From positions 49,576 to 113,575 of the forward strand of contig CAZIZX010000001.1 in assembly GCA_964544275.1 (NCBI GenBank): a stretch of 64,000 nucleotides of DNA, read 5' to 3'. How positions within the stretch are numbered: position 1 is the first letter of the stretch; every line of letters starts with the position of its first letter. Positions 9,595 to 19,251 of this stretch are shown one piece after another. The notes under the pieces are model-generated. The model searched no databases. It was not told the DNA's origin and saw only the letters and a list, made by a program, of their open reading frames with translations. This DNA is from an uncultured Gammaproteobacteria bacterium (GTDB lineage: Bacteria > Patescibacteriota > Microgenomatia > UBA12405). The position numbers were made by a program, and so were the translations under genes.

Positions 9595-10584
9595 ATGGAT
9601 TTAAAAAGATTACCCAAGACAGAGTTCGCTGCTGCCGTGGCTCAGATTGCTGGCGAACGCAACATCGACGTTCAGTCAATCCTGGATTCTATTGAGCAGG
9701 GGTTGGTTTCAGCCTACAAAAGAGATCAAAAAGAACATGGCGTTATTATTCCTGAGGAAAACGAATTTACTGTTGAATTATCGCCTGAAACCGGTTCTTT
9801 CAAAGTCTACCAGGTTGACGACAACCAAAAAATCGAAGTAACACCCCCCGGCTTTGGTCGTATTGCCGCTCAAACTGCCAAACAGGTTATTGACCAAAAG
9901 ATCCGCGAAGCCGAAAAAGATGTCCTAATTGCCGAATATGAAAAGAAAATAGGCTCTTTACTCTCCGGAGTTATACTTCGGATTGATCCTTACAAAATTA
10001 CGGTTGGAGTTGGCAAGGCCGAAGGTATTTACCCCAAAGACGAGCAAATTAAAAATGAAACTTTAGCCCTGGGTAGTCGCAAACTCTTTCTACTTCAATC
10101 AATCACTGAGACCGAAGTCGGTCGGAAAGACATTATTTTATCCCGAAGAGATCCGGAGTTTATTCACCAGCTATTTGCTCGGGAAGTCCCTGAAGTTGGC
10201 AACAGAACCGTTGTGGTTGAAAAAATCGCCCGAACCCCCGGAGTTCGGGCCAAAGTCGCCGTCTCGTCCACTCAACCTGGTGTTGATCCTGTTGGGTCTT
10301 GTATCGGCCAAAAAGGCTCTCGAATCCAATCGATATTAAACGAATTACCAGAAGATGAAAAGGTTGATGTAGTTCCCTTTTCCCAAAATCTGAATCAGTT
10401 TATTGCTTACGCCCTGTCTCCCGCCCAAGGAGTTAAAATCATCTCCGTTGGCAACGGAGAAGCACACGTTACCGTTCCCGAAGACCAGCAGGCATTGGCC
10501 ATTGGCGGTGGTGGCGAAAACGTTCATCTTGCCGGTGAACTAACAGGTTTCGATATCAAAATCACACCCGAAAAAGGCGCCTAA
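9595..10584 (+). CDS. nusA: transcription termination/antitermination factor NusA
   Basis: AGGAG RBS 7 nt upstream of the ATG at 9595. Contains NusA N-domain, S1 and KH-like segments (ILSRRDPEFIHQLFAREVPEV). I chose this ATG over the upstream ORF start at 9547. Confidence 0.85.
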   Translation: MDLKRLPKTEFAAAVAQIAGERNIDVQSILDSIEQGLVSAYKRDQKEHGVIIPEENEFTVELSPETGSFKVYQVDDNQKIEVTPPGFGRIAAQTAKQVIDQKIREAEKDVLIAEYEKKIGSLLSGVILRIDPYKITVGVGKAEGIYPKDEQIKNETLALGSRKLFLLQSITETEVGRKDIILSRRDPEFIHQLFAREVPEVGNRTVVVEKIARTPGVRAKVAVSSTQPGVDPVGSCIGQKGSRIQSILNELPEDEKVDVVPFSQNLNQFIAYALSPAQGVKIISVGNGEAHVTVPEDQQALAIGGGGENVHLAGELTGFDIKITPEKGA

Positions 10585-10646
10585 AAACATCTTTTCCGGT
10601 TTAATTTTTAGGTTCTGTTTTGAGCCTTTATTAGGAGAATATTTCT

Positions 10647-12104
10647 ATGAACAACACCAAAAACCAAGCAAAGACCAGCATCCAGTTCAGACCACCCATC
10701 GTTGCCGTTATGGGTCACATCGACCATGGAAAAACTTCTCTTCTGGACAAAATTAGATCCACCAACACCTGGAAAAAAGAAATTGGTGGTATCACTCAAC
10801 ACATTGGTGCTTATCAGGCGGCTGTCAAACAAAAGGATGGACAGGAAAGGCTGATTACATTTATCGACACACCTGGTCACGCTGCTTTCATTAACATGCG
10901 TGCCCGAGGAGCCCAGGCCACCGATATGGTTGTTCTGGTCGTCGCTGCTACCGAAGGTATTATGGCTCAAACCAAAGAATGTCTTCGACACATCAGGGAA
11001 GCCGACTTGCCTTTTATTGTCGCCATGAATAAAATTGACCTTGCCGGTAGCCAGCCGGATAAACTCAAGGGTCAGTTAGTAGAAATGGGGTACACCCCCG
11101 AAGAATATGGTGGTCAAATATCGGTCATCCCTGTTTCCGCCAAAACCGGCGAAGGGATTGACGACCTTCTTGAAATGATTTTACTTAATGCCGAGATTAT
11201 GGAACTTAAATCAGAGCCCGACGCTCCACTTGAAGCCATTGTCATCGAATCAAAAGTTGACAAAAGACGCGGCCCTCTGGCTTCTGCCATAGTCAAAAAA
11301 GGCAGCCTCAAGACTAGTGATCAAGTCTACGCTGAGAGTATCACTGGCAAGATCAAAGCATTGCTCGATTATACTGGCCAAAACATCAAAGTGGCAGTTC
11401 CCGGAACTCCGGTTGAAATTTTGGGCTTTTCCCAAGTACCCCCGGTTGGCAGCCTCATCACCAATCAGGTCCGCGAAACCAAGACCGAAATTCAAAAGGT
11501 CGACACTTCTGTCTTGAGTGTTGAAGAAGAAAGTCCGAAACTTCCAGTAATTATTAAAGCCGATACCGAGGGAACCCTGGAAGCTCTTTTAGGCAGCTTT
11601 ACCGATGACGTTCTGGTCATTTTCTCTGGAGTTGGTGCTGTTACCGACAGTGATGTTTTTATGGCTCAGGCGTCAGGCGCTCAGATTTTTGCTTTCGATG
11701 TCAAAACTCCGCCATTTATCCAAAAATTAGCTGGCAATAATAAGGTCAGAATCATGGAATCTCGGGTGATATACGAATTAATTGACGATATCCAGGCCCA
11801 GGTGTTAAAGCTGCTTGAGCCCACCATCGATGAAACTATCTTGGGTGAGGGTACTATTATTGCCGAGTTCAAGATTAATAAAGTCAGGATTGCTGGCGTT
11901 GACGTCACCAGGGGAGAAATTGCCAAAGGTACACTTATCCATTTAAAAAGGAACGGTAAAATTATCAAAGATACCCAAGTTGATAGCCTCAAACAAGGCA
12001 AAGAAGATGTCGACAGAGTCAAAATGGGGAACAGCTGTGGCATAACTTTCAAGCCTTATGTTGATTTTAAAGAAAATGATGTTATAATATCCTATAACAA
12101 ATAA
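10647..12104 (+). CDS. infB: translation initiation factor IF-2, minimal form lacking N-terminal domains
   Basis: G domain starts at residue ~17 (VAVMGHIDHGKTSLLD, DTPGHAAF, NKID). Only 485 aa. AGGAG RBS upstream. Confidence 0.85.
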   Translation: MNNTKNQAKTSIQFRPPIVAVMGHIDHGKTSLLDKIRSTNTWKKEIGGITQHIGAYQAAVKQKDGQERLITFIDTPGHAAFINMRARGAQATDMVVLVVAATEGIMAQTKECLRHIREADLPFIVAMNKIDLAGSQPDKLKGQLVEMGYTPEEYGGQISVIPVSAKTGEGIDDLLEMILLNAEIMELKSEPDAPLEAIVIESKVDKRRGPLASAIVKKGSLKTSDQVYAESITGKIKALLDYTGQNIKVAVPGTPVEILGFSQVPPVGSLITNQVRETKTEIQKVDTSVLSVEEESPKLPVIIKADTEGTLEALLGSFTDDVLVIFSGVGAVTDSDVFMAQASGAQIFAFDVKTPPFIQKLAGNNKVRIMESRVIYELIDDIQAQVLKLLEPTIDETILGEGTIIAEFKINKVRIAGVDVTRGEIAKGTLIHLKRNGKIIKDTQVDSLKQGKEDVDRVKMGNSCGITFKPYVDFKENDVIISYNK

Positions 12105-12107
12105 TTA

Positions 12108-12956
12108 ATGTCTCAAAATTTGTTACCAATGAGCCAAAACAATCGCTCTACTATAGACGAGACAAATAATCAAAATAAATTTGGAAGCAGGCCAAATATG
12201 AAAAACTATAAAGTTGACTCCATTAAAAACCTTATTGATAGCGCCAAAAATGCGCTTATTGTAGTTCCCGAGCTAAACATTGACAGTGCCGGAGCCGCTC
12301 TGGCTCTTGCTTTATCACTAAAAAAACTTGGCAAACAGGTGCAAGTCTATTCTTCTCAAACCACCGACAATAATTATTCCAAATTGGTCGGCCTCGACCT
12401 GTTGACTAACAACCTGACTAGCAACGACTTGGTTGTTTCTCTGGATTACCCTCTGGATCAGATTGATCAGGTTTCATACAACGACGACGGTGGTAAATTA
12501 AACTTAGTCGTCAAGACCAAGGAAAATGCTCCTAAAGTTGAAAACAACAATATCTCCATCAACAACCAGTCGGCCATTGCCGACATCAACTTCATGCTTG
12601 GTGACGAAACCAAACTTTCCAATGTTGATATTGTCAACCAAGGAAACTGGATTTTGATTACTCCTCAAAACACCCAAAAATCATGGGCCAAGGAAACTTT
12701 GGTTGACCAGGATGCTCCTTTTTCTGAGATTTTTACCTTTTTGCTTCCCATGCTAAACATGGAACTTGACGGTGACTCAGGTAAGAACTTACTTATAGGT
12801 CTTCGCGTGGCCACTCAATCTTTTTCGGTTAATGTATCACCGGAAACTTTTGAAGCTGGCGCCATCAACCTTCGGGCGACTCAACCTCCGGTTGACACTC
12901 CCATTGGTGATCAGTCAACCGATAATCCTCAGCCCTCATCTATTCCGACAGCCTAA
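12108..12956 (+). CDS. hypothetical protein, weak NrnA/DHH-like N-terminal resemblance with catalytic motifs not recognisable
   Basis: Segment ALIVVPELNIDSAGAALALALSLKKLGKQV resembles the DHH-family motif I region (HxxPDGDAxGSxxAL), but no DHH or DxD motif is present. It occupies the post-infB slot where rbfA/DHH genes often sit. Confidence 0.35.
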   Translation: MSQNLLPMSQNNRSTIDETNNQNKFGSRPNMKNYKVDSIKNLIDSAKNALIVVPELNIDSAGAALALALSLKKLGKQVQVYSSQTTDNNYSKLVGLDLLTNNLTSNDLVVSLDYPLDQIDQVSYNDDGGKLNLVVKTKENAPKVENNNISINNQSAIADINFMLGDETKLSNVDIVNQGNWILITPQNTQKSWAKETLVDQDAPFSEIFTFLLPMLNMELDGDSGKNLLIGLRVATQSFSVNVSPETFEAGAINLRATQPPVDTPIGDQSTDNPQPSSIPTA

Positions 12957-13223
12957 ACTAACCATACATGTCAATCTGTAACGAGTGTCTTTACTTTATT
13001 TCTAAAGGTGAAACTAAAACCTTGAGATATCTTCGGTCTAATTTGAACAATCTCGAATGGTTGGAACAGTTGGATGGAGTATCTGGTGGGGATTGTAATA
13101 ACATCGAAAACTTATTTCTTCTTTTATTCGAACCAAAAGTCCGTGTGATTGAACGGCCGGTCTTATCAAGTATGCCTAGCTGTCGACATTTTATCCCCAA
13201 GTTCTCCCGATAATACTTAATCT

Positions 13224-13236
13224 TGTGTGTTATAAT
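13224..13236 (+). promoter_or_regulatory. extended -10 promoter (TGtTATAAT) for rpsO
   Basis: TG at 13228-13229 then TATAAT at 13231-13236. No convincing -35. About 75 nt upstream of the rpsO ATG. Confidence 0.4.
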
Positions 13237-13311
13237 CAAATTCGTAGCTATCAAGTCGGTGTTTTGGAAGCCAACCAAAGCTTATTTGTTACCGATAAAT
13301 AGCCCCATACT

Positions 13312-13581
13312 ATGGCATTAACCAAAGAAGAAAAGAAAACCGTCATCGACAAATTCGCTCAGGCCAAAGGCGATACCGGTTCACCGGAAATTCAGGTGGC
13401 TATCTTAAGCAAAGAAATCGAAAAACTCCAGGAACATCTCCTGGAAAACAAACATGATTCTCCCGCTAAAAGAGGAATTTTGAGTAAAATTGCCAAAAGA
13501 AGAAGACTTTTGCGCTATCTTTCCGAGCACACTCAAGAGCGTTACGGTAAACTGATCAAAGATTTGGGTTTAAAAAAATAA
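13312..13581 (+). CDS. rpsO: 30S ribosomal protein S15
   Basis: 89 aa MALTKEEKK...GSPEIQVAILS...LLRYL, typical of S15. Confidence 0.9.
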   Translation: MALTKEEKKTVIDKFAQAKGDTGSPEIQVAILSKEIEKLQEHLLENKHDSPAKRGILSKIAKRRRLLRYLSEHTQERYGKLIKDLGLKK

Positions 13582-13634
13582 ATTCCCCCCATTCTTTTGC
13601 AGCTATTATGTGTTTAAAAATGTAAAATATCATT

Positions 13635-15818
13635 ATGACCAGTGATTCATTTCAGATAAAAATCGACAATCAACTTATTCATCTTGAATCAGGTAAATTT
13701 GCTCCTCAGGCCAATGCCTCAGTTATGGCTACTTACGGCAACACCAAGGTTTTGGCCACTGTGGTTTTGGGTAAAACCGACGAGACCAGGGATTATTTCC
13801 CTCTTTCTGTCGAATTCATCGACAAACTTTATGCCGGCGGTATTATCAAAGGCGGTAAATGGATCAAAAGAGATCTGGGTCCGTCCGATACCGCTATTTT
13901 ATTTGGCAGAATTATCGACAGATCAATCCGTCCTTTATTTCCACCAGGTTTTATGAACGAAGTTCAGGTGGTTACTACCGTCTTAAGCAACGACAAAGAA
14001 CACGATATAGTTTTAGCCGCGTTTACCGCCGTTTCAGCTGCTCTAGCCATGTCCGACATCCCTTTTAAATCGGCCGTTTCAGCTGTCCGCATTGCCCTGA
14101 TCGATGGTAAACAGATTGTTAACCCTACTATGAGCCAATTGGCCCAATCTACCATGGATCTTTTAGTCTGTACCGGACCCGCTGGTGTCAATATGATTGA
14201 AGCTGACGCCGAAATTGTTGATAACGATACCGTCCTTAAAGCCATTGAACAGGCCCAAAAAGTTGGTGATAATATCAACAAGCAAATCCTTGAGTTTGCC
14301 AAAAAATCAGGTCAAGTTAAAGTTGAATATATTCCGGTATTACCTCCCCAAGATCTTATTGACGAATTAGACAAAAAATACAGTCAGGATTTTATCAAGT
14401 TCTTGGCCAATGGTATTGACGGTGGTCATATGGCAGCCGAAAATGAAATTTTAGATAAAATCAAGAGTGATTATCAGAATAGAGTTGATAATGAAGAAGG
14501 TTTTAACAACCAGTTGATCGAATCGTTTCATCAATTGATCCAAAAATATATCCGCCAAAGCACCCTCAGTGGTAAACGTTACGACAAAAGAGAATTCGAC
14601 CAAGTCCGACCTCTTTATATTGAAGCTGGTCTTTTACCTTCAGTCCACGGTTCGGCTCTCTTCCAGAGAGGTCTAACTCAGGCACTAACAATAACCACCT
14701 TAAGTTCCTTATCCGACAAGCAATATTTACAGGATTCATCCGGCGAGACCACCAAACGATACCTTCACTATTACTCAGCCATGCCATTTTCTACCGGTGA
14801 AGCCGGTCGTTTTGGTCGTCCTGGTCGACGTGAAATCGGGCATGGAGCACTTGCCGAAAAAGCACTTCTTCCGGTTATTCCTTCCGAAGAAGAATTTCCC
14901 TATACTATCGCCTTAACTTCTGAAGTACTGTCTCAAAACGGCTCTTCATCTATGGCTTCTACCTGCGGCTCTACCATGAGCTTAATGGACGCCGGCGTGC
15001 CCATCAAAGATTTAGTTGCTGGCATATCCGTCGGTATGATGTCCGACGACAAAGACAAATACGTCTTACTAACCGATATTGCCGGACTGGAAGATCATTA
15101 CGGTGACATGGATTTTAAAATCACGGGCACTGCCTCTGGTATCACTGCTATCCAGTTAGACATTAAACGGGAAGGACTGACCCTGGATATGATTCGCCAA
15201 ACTTTTTCTGCCAGTACTAAGGCTAGATTGCAAATCTTAGAGGCAATGAAAAAAGTTTTATCAGCCCCTCGCCCACAACTCTCTCCAACTGCCCCCAAAA
15301 TTTCCGTGGTCGCCGTTCCCGAAGAAAAAATTGGTGAAATAATCGGTAGTGGCGGCAAAACCATAAAAGGTCTAATGGAAAAATATGACGTTGAAATTGA
15401 TATCGACGATAATGGTCTGACTTCAATATCATCCCTCGACCACGACAAAAATTTGGCTGCGGCCAAGGAAATCGAAGCTATGATCAAGGAAGTAATGATT
15501 GGTGAAGAATACGATGGAGTCGTCACTCGGGTTGAAAACTTTGGTGCTTTCATTGAATTTTTGCCCGGCCGCGAAGCCTTGCTTCATGTTTCTGAAATGT
15601 CAGGTGGATTTTTATCTGACCCTTCATCCATAATAAAAATTGGCGACAAAGTTCATGTCAAAATCTCTGGTTTTAATGACAACCACCAGATCAAACTATC
15701 AGCTCCGGAATTTAAAGCATCCCATCCAGGAGAAGCTCAATCCAGCAGGCCACCTTTTGACCATAACCGCCCTAGCTTTGGCAGACCTCCTTTCCGTCCC
15801 CAAGACCGTCGCCGCTGA
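13635..15818 (+). CDS. pnp: polyribonucleotide nucleotidyltransferase (PNPase)
   Basis: Two RNase PH-like domains, a KH domain (IGEIIGSGGKTIKGL) and an S1 domain, with an Arg/Pro-rich C-terminal tail. Sits in the conserved rpsO-pnp arrangement. Confidence 0.9.
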   Translation: MTSDSFQIKIDNQLIHLESGKFAPQANASVMATYGNTKVLATVVLGKTDETRDYFPLSVEFIDKLYAGGIIKGGKWIKRDLGPSDTAILFGRIIDRSIRPLFPPGFMNEVQVVTTVLSNDKEHDIVLAAFTAVSAALAMSDIPFKSAVSAVRIALIDGKQIVNPTMSQLAQSTMDLLVCTGPAGVNMIEADAEIVDNDTVLKAIEQAQKVGDNINKQILEFAKKSGQVKVEYIPVLPPQDLIDELDKKYSQDFIKFLANGIDGGHMAAENEILDKIKSDYQNRVDNEEGFNNQLIESFHQLIQKYIRQSTLSGKRYDKREFDQVRPLYIEAGLLPSVHGSALFQRGLTQALTITTLSSLSDKQYLQDSSGETTKRYLHYYSAMPFSTGEAGRFGRPGRREIGHGALAEKALLPVIPSEEEFPYTIALTSEVLSQNGSSSMASTCGSTMSLMDAGVPIKDLVAGISVGMMSDDKDKYVLLTDIAGLEDHYGDMDFKITGTASGITAIQLDIKREGLTLDMIRQTFSASTKARLQILEAMKKVLSAPRPQLSPTAPKISVVAVPEEKIGEIIGSGGKTIKGLMEKYDVEIDIDDNGLTSISSLDHDKNLAAAKEIEAMIKEVMIGEEYDGVVTRVENFGAFIEFLPGREALLHVSEMSGGFLSDPSSIIKIGDKVHVKISGFNDNHQIKLSAPEFKASHPGEAQSSRPPFDHNRPSFGRPPFRPQDRRR

Positions 15819-15833
15819 TGTATACTGATATTA

Positions 15834-16895
15834 ATGGACAAACAGACCTTGACTACAGATCAAGCTATAGCCAATCTTGCGGCAAAAACTAAAGGTATTG
15901 ACTTGCCCGGTGGTATGGTTGAAAAGTTAAACGAACTTTTTGCTCAGCTGGAGATTAACTCCAAATCAGAAAGCAGTTTTTGGCAAAATTATCAATCAGC
16001 CTCAAAATATATTGACTGGGTGATTAGTTTGCCCTGGATTCAGGAAAGTCAGGATCTTCTGGACCTTCAATTCGCCAAAGAAAAGCTCGATGAAAATCAT
16101 TACGGCCTGGATTCAGTCAAAGAAAGAATTTTGGAATACATTTCAGTACTGGCACTCCAGAAAAACCGGCAACCTGACGAGCCGCTCCGAGCTCCGATTT
16201 TACTTTTTGTTGGTCTGGTCGGTACCGGCAAGACCACCATGGCCAAGTCTATCGCTGACGTCATGGGTCGGAAGCTGATTAGAGTTCCTTTTGGTGGCTT
16301 GGGTGATCCCCACTACTTACGGGGCCAATCTAAGTTTTATCAGGACGCTCAGCCCGGACAAATTATCAAAGGTCTGTCACAGGTTAAATGCAAAAATCCT
16401 GTTATATTATTAGATGAAATCGATCGGGTTGCCGACGACGCTCTCAATACCATCATGGGTGTTTTGGTTGAACTTCTTGACCCGGAACAAAACGGAACTT
16501 TTACCGACCATTATGTTGATTATCCCTTTGATTTATCTCGAACACTTTTTGTCGCAACTTGCAACAACACTAACCGGATAGCTACCGCCGTTATGGATCG
16601 ACTTGAAGTCATTCAAATGCCCTCGTATACTGACGAAGAGAAAATCGCCATCGGCAGGGACTATCTTATGCCAAAGGCTGTTCAAGAAGCCGGACTAGTT
16701 CCCAATGAACTGAAAATCGCAGATACCATTTGGCCCCAAATCGTCCGGCCGTTAGGTTTTGATGCTGGCGTCAGAACCCTGAAGAGGAACATAGAAGGAC
16801 TCTGTCGCAAAACAGCCCGACTTATTTTTGAAGGCGGGGCAAAGCAGATAATTGTTGATGAAAGCAATGTTAAACATTTTCTACCCCAATGGTAA
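15834..16895 (+). CDS. Lon-family AAA+ ATPase module without N-terminal substrate domain or S16 protease domain
   Basis: Collinear with the E. coli Lon AAA+ core: YIDWVISLPW, LDENHYGLDSVKERILEYISV, Walker A GLVGTGKTT, Walker B ILLDEIDR, sensor-1 ATCN, Arg finger DAGVRTLKR. The ORF ends about 25 aa after sensor 2. The next gene is a UDG, not a protease. Confidence 0.8.
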   Translation: MDKQTLTTDQAIANLAAKTKGIDLPGGMVEKLNELFAQLEINSKSESSFWQNYQSASKYIDWVISLPWIQESQDLLDLQFAKEKLDENHYGLDSVKERILEYISVLALQKNRQPDEPLRAPILLFVGLVGTGKTTMAKSIADVMGRKLIRVPFGGLGDPHYLRGQSKFYQDAQPGQIIKGLSQVKCKNPVILLDEIDRVADDALNTIMGVLVELLDPEQNGTFTDHYVDYPFDLSRTLFVATCNNTNRIATAVMDRLEVIQMPSYTDEEKIAIGRDYLMPKAVQEAGLVPNELKIADTIWPQIVRPLGFDAGVRTLKRNIEGLCRKTARLIFEGGAKQIIVDESNVKHFLPQW

Positions 16896-17464
16896 TATCA
16901 ACTAAGGCCAAAAAGATTCGGTATATCGCTAACCTGGTAGCCCAATGCCAAAAATGCCCGCTCTATAAAACCGCCACCAACCCCGTTCCCGGTGATGGTA
17001 ATCCAGACACAGAATTAGTCTTTATTGGCGAAGCCTCCGGTTTCTATGAGGATCAGCAAGGTTTGCCCTTTGTCGGCAACTCTGGTAAACTACTCGATAA
17101 ATTATTGACGGATATCAAACTGAGACGTGATCAAGTGTTCATCTGTAACATTCTAAAACATCGTCCTCCCAATAATCGTGATCCGCTCCCGAACGAAATT
17201 AGGGTCTGCGCTCCTTTCTTAAAAGCTCAACTTCAGGTAATACAACCGAAAGTAATAGTTACTCTCGGTCGATTTGCTCTTAACTATTTTTTTCCGGATG
17301 CAATGATAAGCCGGATCCACGGCCAGATTCAAGAAATTGACTGGCAGGGGATTAAGTTAACAATTATTCCTGTTTATCATCCTTCTGCTGCGCTAAGAAG
17401 TACGGACAATCTAAAAGCCCTAGAGTCAGATTTTCAAAAAATCGGCCAATTTTTAAATATATAA
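16889..17464 (+). CDS. family-4 uracil-DNA glycosylase (Fe-S UDG)
   Basis: CQKCPLY ... GEASGFYEDQQGLPFVGNSGKLL ... HPSA motifs typical of family-4 UDG. The start overlaps the stop of the preceding gene. Confidence 0.8.
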   Translation: MVISTKAKKIRYIANLVAQCQKCPLYKTATNPVPGDGNPDTELVFIGEASGFYEDQQGLPFVGNSGKLLDKLLTDIKLRRDQVFICNILKHRPPNNRDPLPNEIRVCAPFLKAQLQVIQPKVIVTLGRFALNYFFPDAMISRIHGQIQEIDWQGIKLTIIPVYHPSAALRSTDNLKALESDFQKIGQFLNI

Positions 17465-17467
17465 ATT

Positions 17468-19234
17468 ATGGAAAACAAACAAACAAAATCAAACAAAATT
17501 ATTAACCCGGTCCCCAAAGACTTTTATCAAAAACAAATCAGACAATTCAAAAATCCTTACGATTCAGTCAGGATAGCATCGTTGGGAGGCTTCGGGGATG
17601 TCACCCAGAATATGTTCGTTTATGAATATATCCCCACTGGTGACCAAAATAAAAGCCAAATTATTATCGTTGATGCCGGTGTTGGCTTTCCGGAAGAAGA
17701 CGCCTTCGGTGTCGATCTGCAGATTCCGGACACTCAGTATCTTCAGGACAAAAAAGACAGAATATTGGGTATTTTTATTACCCATGGTCACGAAGACCAT
17801 ATTGGTGCCATCCGTTTTATTTTGCCAATATTGGGCAAAAACATACCCATATATGCCCCAAAGCTTGCTGCTGCCTTTATCGAGGCCAGATTGGCAGAAA
17901 GTAATACTAGAGCCAATATAAACGTTTATGACGGAACTCAACCAATGAAAGTTGGACCTTTTACTGTCGATCCGATACAGGTAACTCATTCTATTCCTGA
18001 TACTTTTCATTTCGGAATTGATACCCCTCTGGGGGTCATCTATCATGGCTCCGATTTCAAACTGGACGTCTTTCCTCTTGATGGCAAACCTTCAGATATT
18101 CGTCACATGGCTCACATTGGTGACAAAAAAGTCCTTTGTCTCTTGTCTGACTGCCTAGGCTCAGATCATGAAGGTTATTCGCCTTCTGAGAGGTCCATTG
18201 CCGAAAATTTCAAAAGAGAAATTATTACTTCTCCGGGAAGAGTGTTTGTCACCTCGATCTCCAGTAATATTGTTCGTTGGAGTCAGGCGATTGAATATGC
18301 CAAAAGTGCCGGTCGAAAAATCGTTATCGTCGGTTTTTCCATCGAAAGAGCTATTGGTGTTGCCCGTGAGTTGGGCTATATCAATTTAAGTGAAGCTGAC
18401 ATTATTCCCGTCGAAAGAATCAAAAATTTTCCTGACAACAAACTTATTTTCCTTGTTGCCGGTTTTGCCGGACAGCCGGATTCTGCTCTCAGCAAAATTA
18501 TTATGGGTAAACACCGAATTAAGATTAAATCCGGAGACAGGGTCATATTCTCCTCTCCTGACTATATTCCTGGTACTACTTCGGGAATTTATGAAATGAT
18601 TGATAATTTAGCCCGTCAAGGTGCTGAAGTTACTTACGGCGAAAAGGAGGAACTCCATGTTTCCGGTCATGGTTACCAAAATGAACATGCCATTTTAATT
18701 AACCTGGTCAAACCAAAATACCTTTTGCCTATTGGAGGAAATTTCCGCCACGTCAAAAGTTATCAAAGCATGGCCAAGAATTTGGGCTACAAAGAAGAGC
18801 AGGTCATTATGCCCGAATATGACTCCACCGTTACTTTTCATGGTAATGGCACTTTCGACACCAGCTTCAAAATACCTTTACGCAAAATTCTGATCGATGG
18901 TCTTGGGATTGGCGACGTCGGCACTACAGTGCTTCGTGACAGAAAACTATTGGCCGAAGATGGTATGTTTACCATTGTCATGTTGGTAGATTCCCAGACC
19001 GGAGTCCTTAGCAAAGAACCTGTTATCCTGAGCCGCGGCTTTGTCTTTGTCAAGGAAAGTTCTGACTTGCTTAATTACCTCAAGCAGGAAGTTATTCAAA
19101 AATTCCAGCAGGTAACCAGCAAACCGGCCAATTTTGAATTTATCAGAGAAGAAATTCAGGGACATATCGAAACTATCATTCACCAAAAGACCGGCCGCCA
19201 ACCCATGGTCTTGCCCTTGGTAATAGAGGTTTAG
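17468..19234 (+). CDS. rnj: ribonuclease J (metallo-beta-lactamase/beta-CASP)
   Basis: HGHEDHIG metal-binding motif, beta-CASP region, 588 aa. Confidence 0.9.
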   Translation: MENKQTKSNKIINPVPKDFYQKQIRQFKNPYDSVRIASLGGFGDVTQNMFVYEYIPTGDQNKSQIIIVDAGVGFPEEDAFGVDLQIPDTQYLQDKKDRILGIFITHGHEDHIGAIRFILPILGKNIPIYAPKLAAAFIEARLAESNTRANINVYDGTQPMKVGPFTVDPIQVTHSIPDTFHFGIDTPLGVIYHGSDFKLDVFPLDGKPSDIRHMAHIGDKKVLCLLSDCLGSDHEGYSPSERSIAENFKREIITSPGRVFVTSISSNIVRWSQAIEYAKSAGRKIVIVGFSIERAIGVARELGYINLSEADIIPVERIKNFPDNKLIFLVAGFAGQPDSALSKIIMGKHRIKIKSGDRVIFSSPDYIPGTTSGIYEMIDNLARQGAEVTYGEKEELHVSGHGYQNEHAILINLVKPKYLLPIGGNFRHVKSYQSMAKNLGYKEEQVIMPEYDSTVTFHGNGTFDTSFKIPLRKILIDGLGIGDVGTTVLRDRKLLAEDGMFTIVMLVDSQTGVLSKEPVILSRGFVFVKESSDLLNYLKQEVIQKFQQVTSKPANFEFIREEIQGHIETIIHQKTGRQPMVLPLVIEV

Positions 19235-19251
19235 TTGTCTTATAATAACTC

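Noticed and set aside
13126-13134. tRNA T-loop-like motif GGTTCGAAT on the minus strand
   Set aside because: No acceptor stem, D-arm or anticodon arm could be built around it. I treat it as a chance match.
12968-13278. Two ORFs (81 aa on +, 95 aa on -) in the infB-region/rpsO intergenic gap
   Set aside because: They are mutually exclusive and have no recognisable domains. I could not support either as a gene, so the region is reported as unexplained non-coding sequence.
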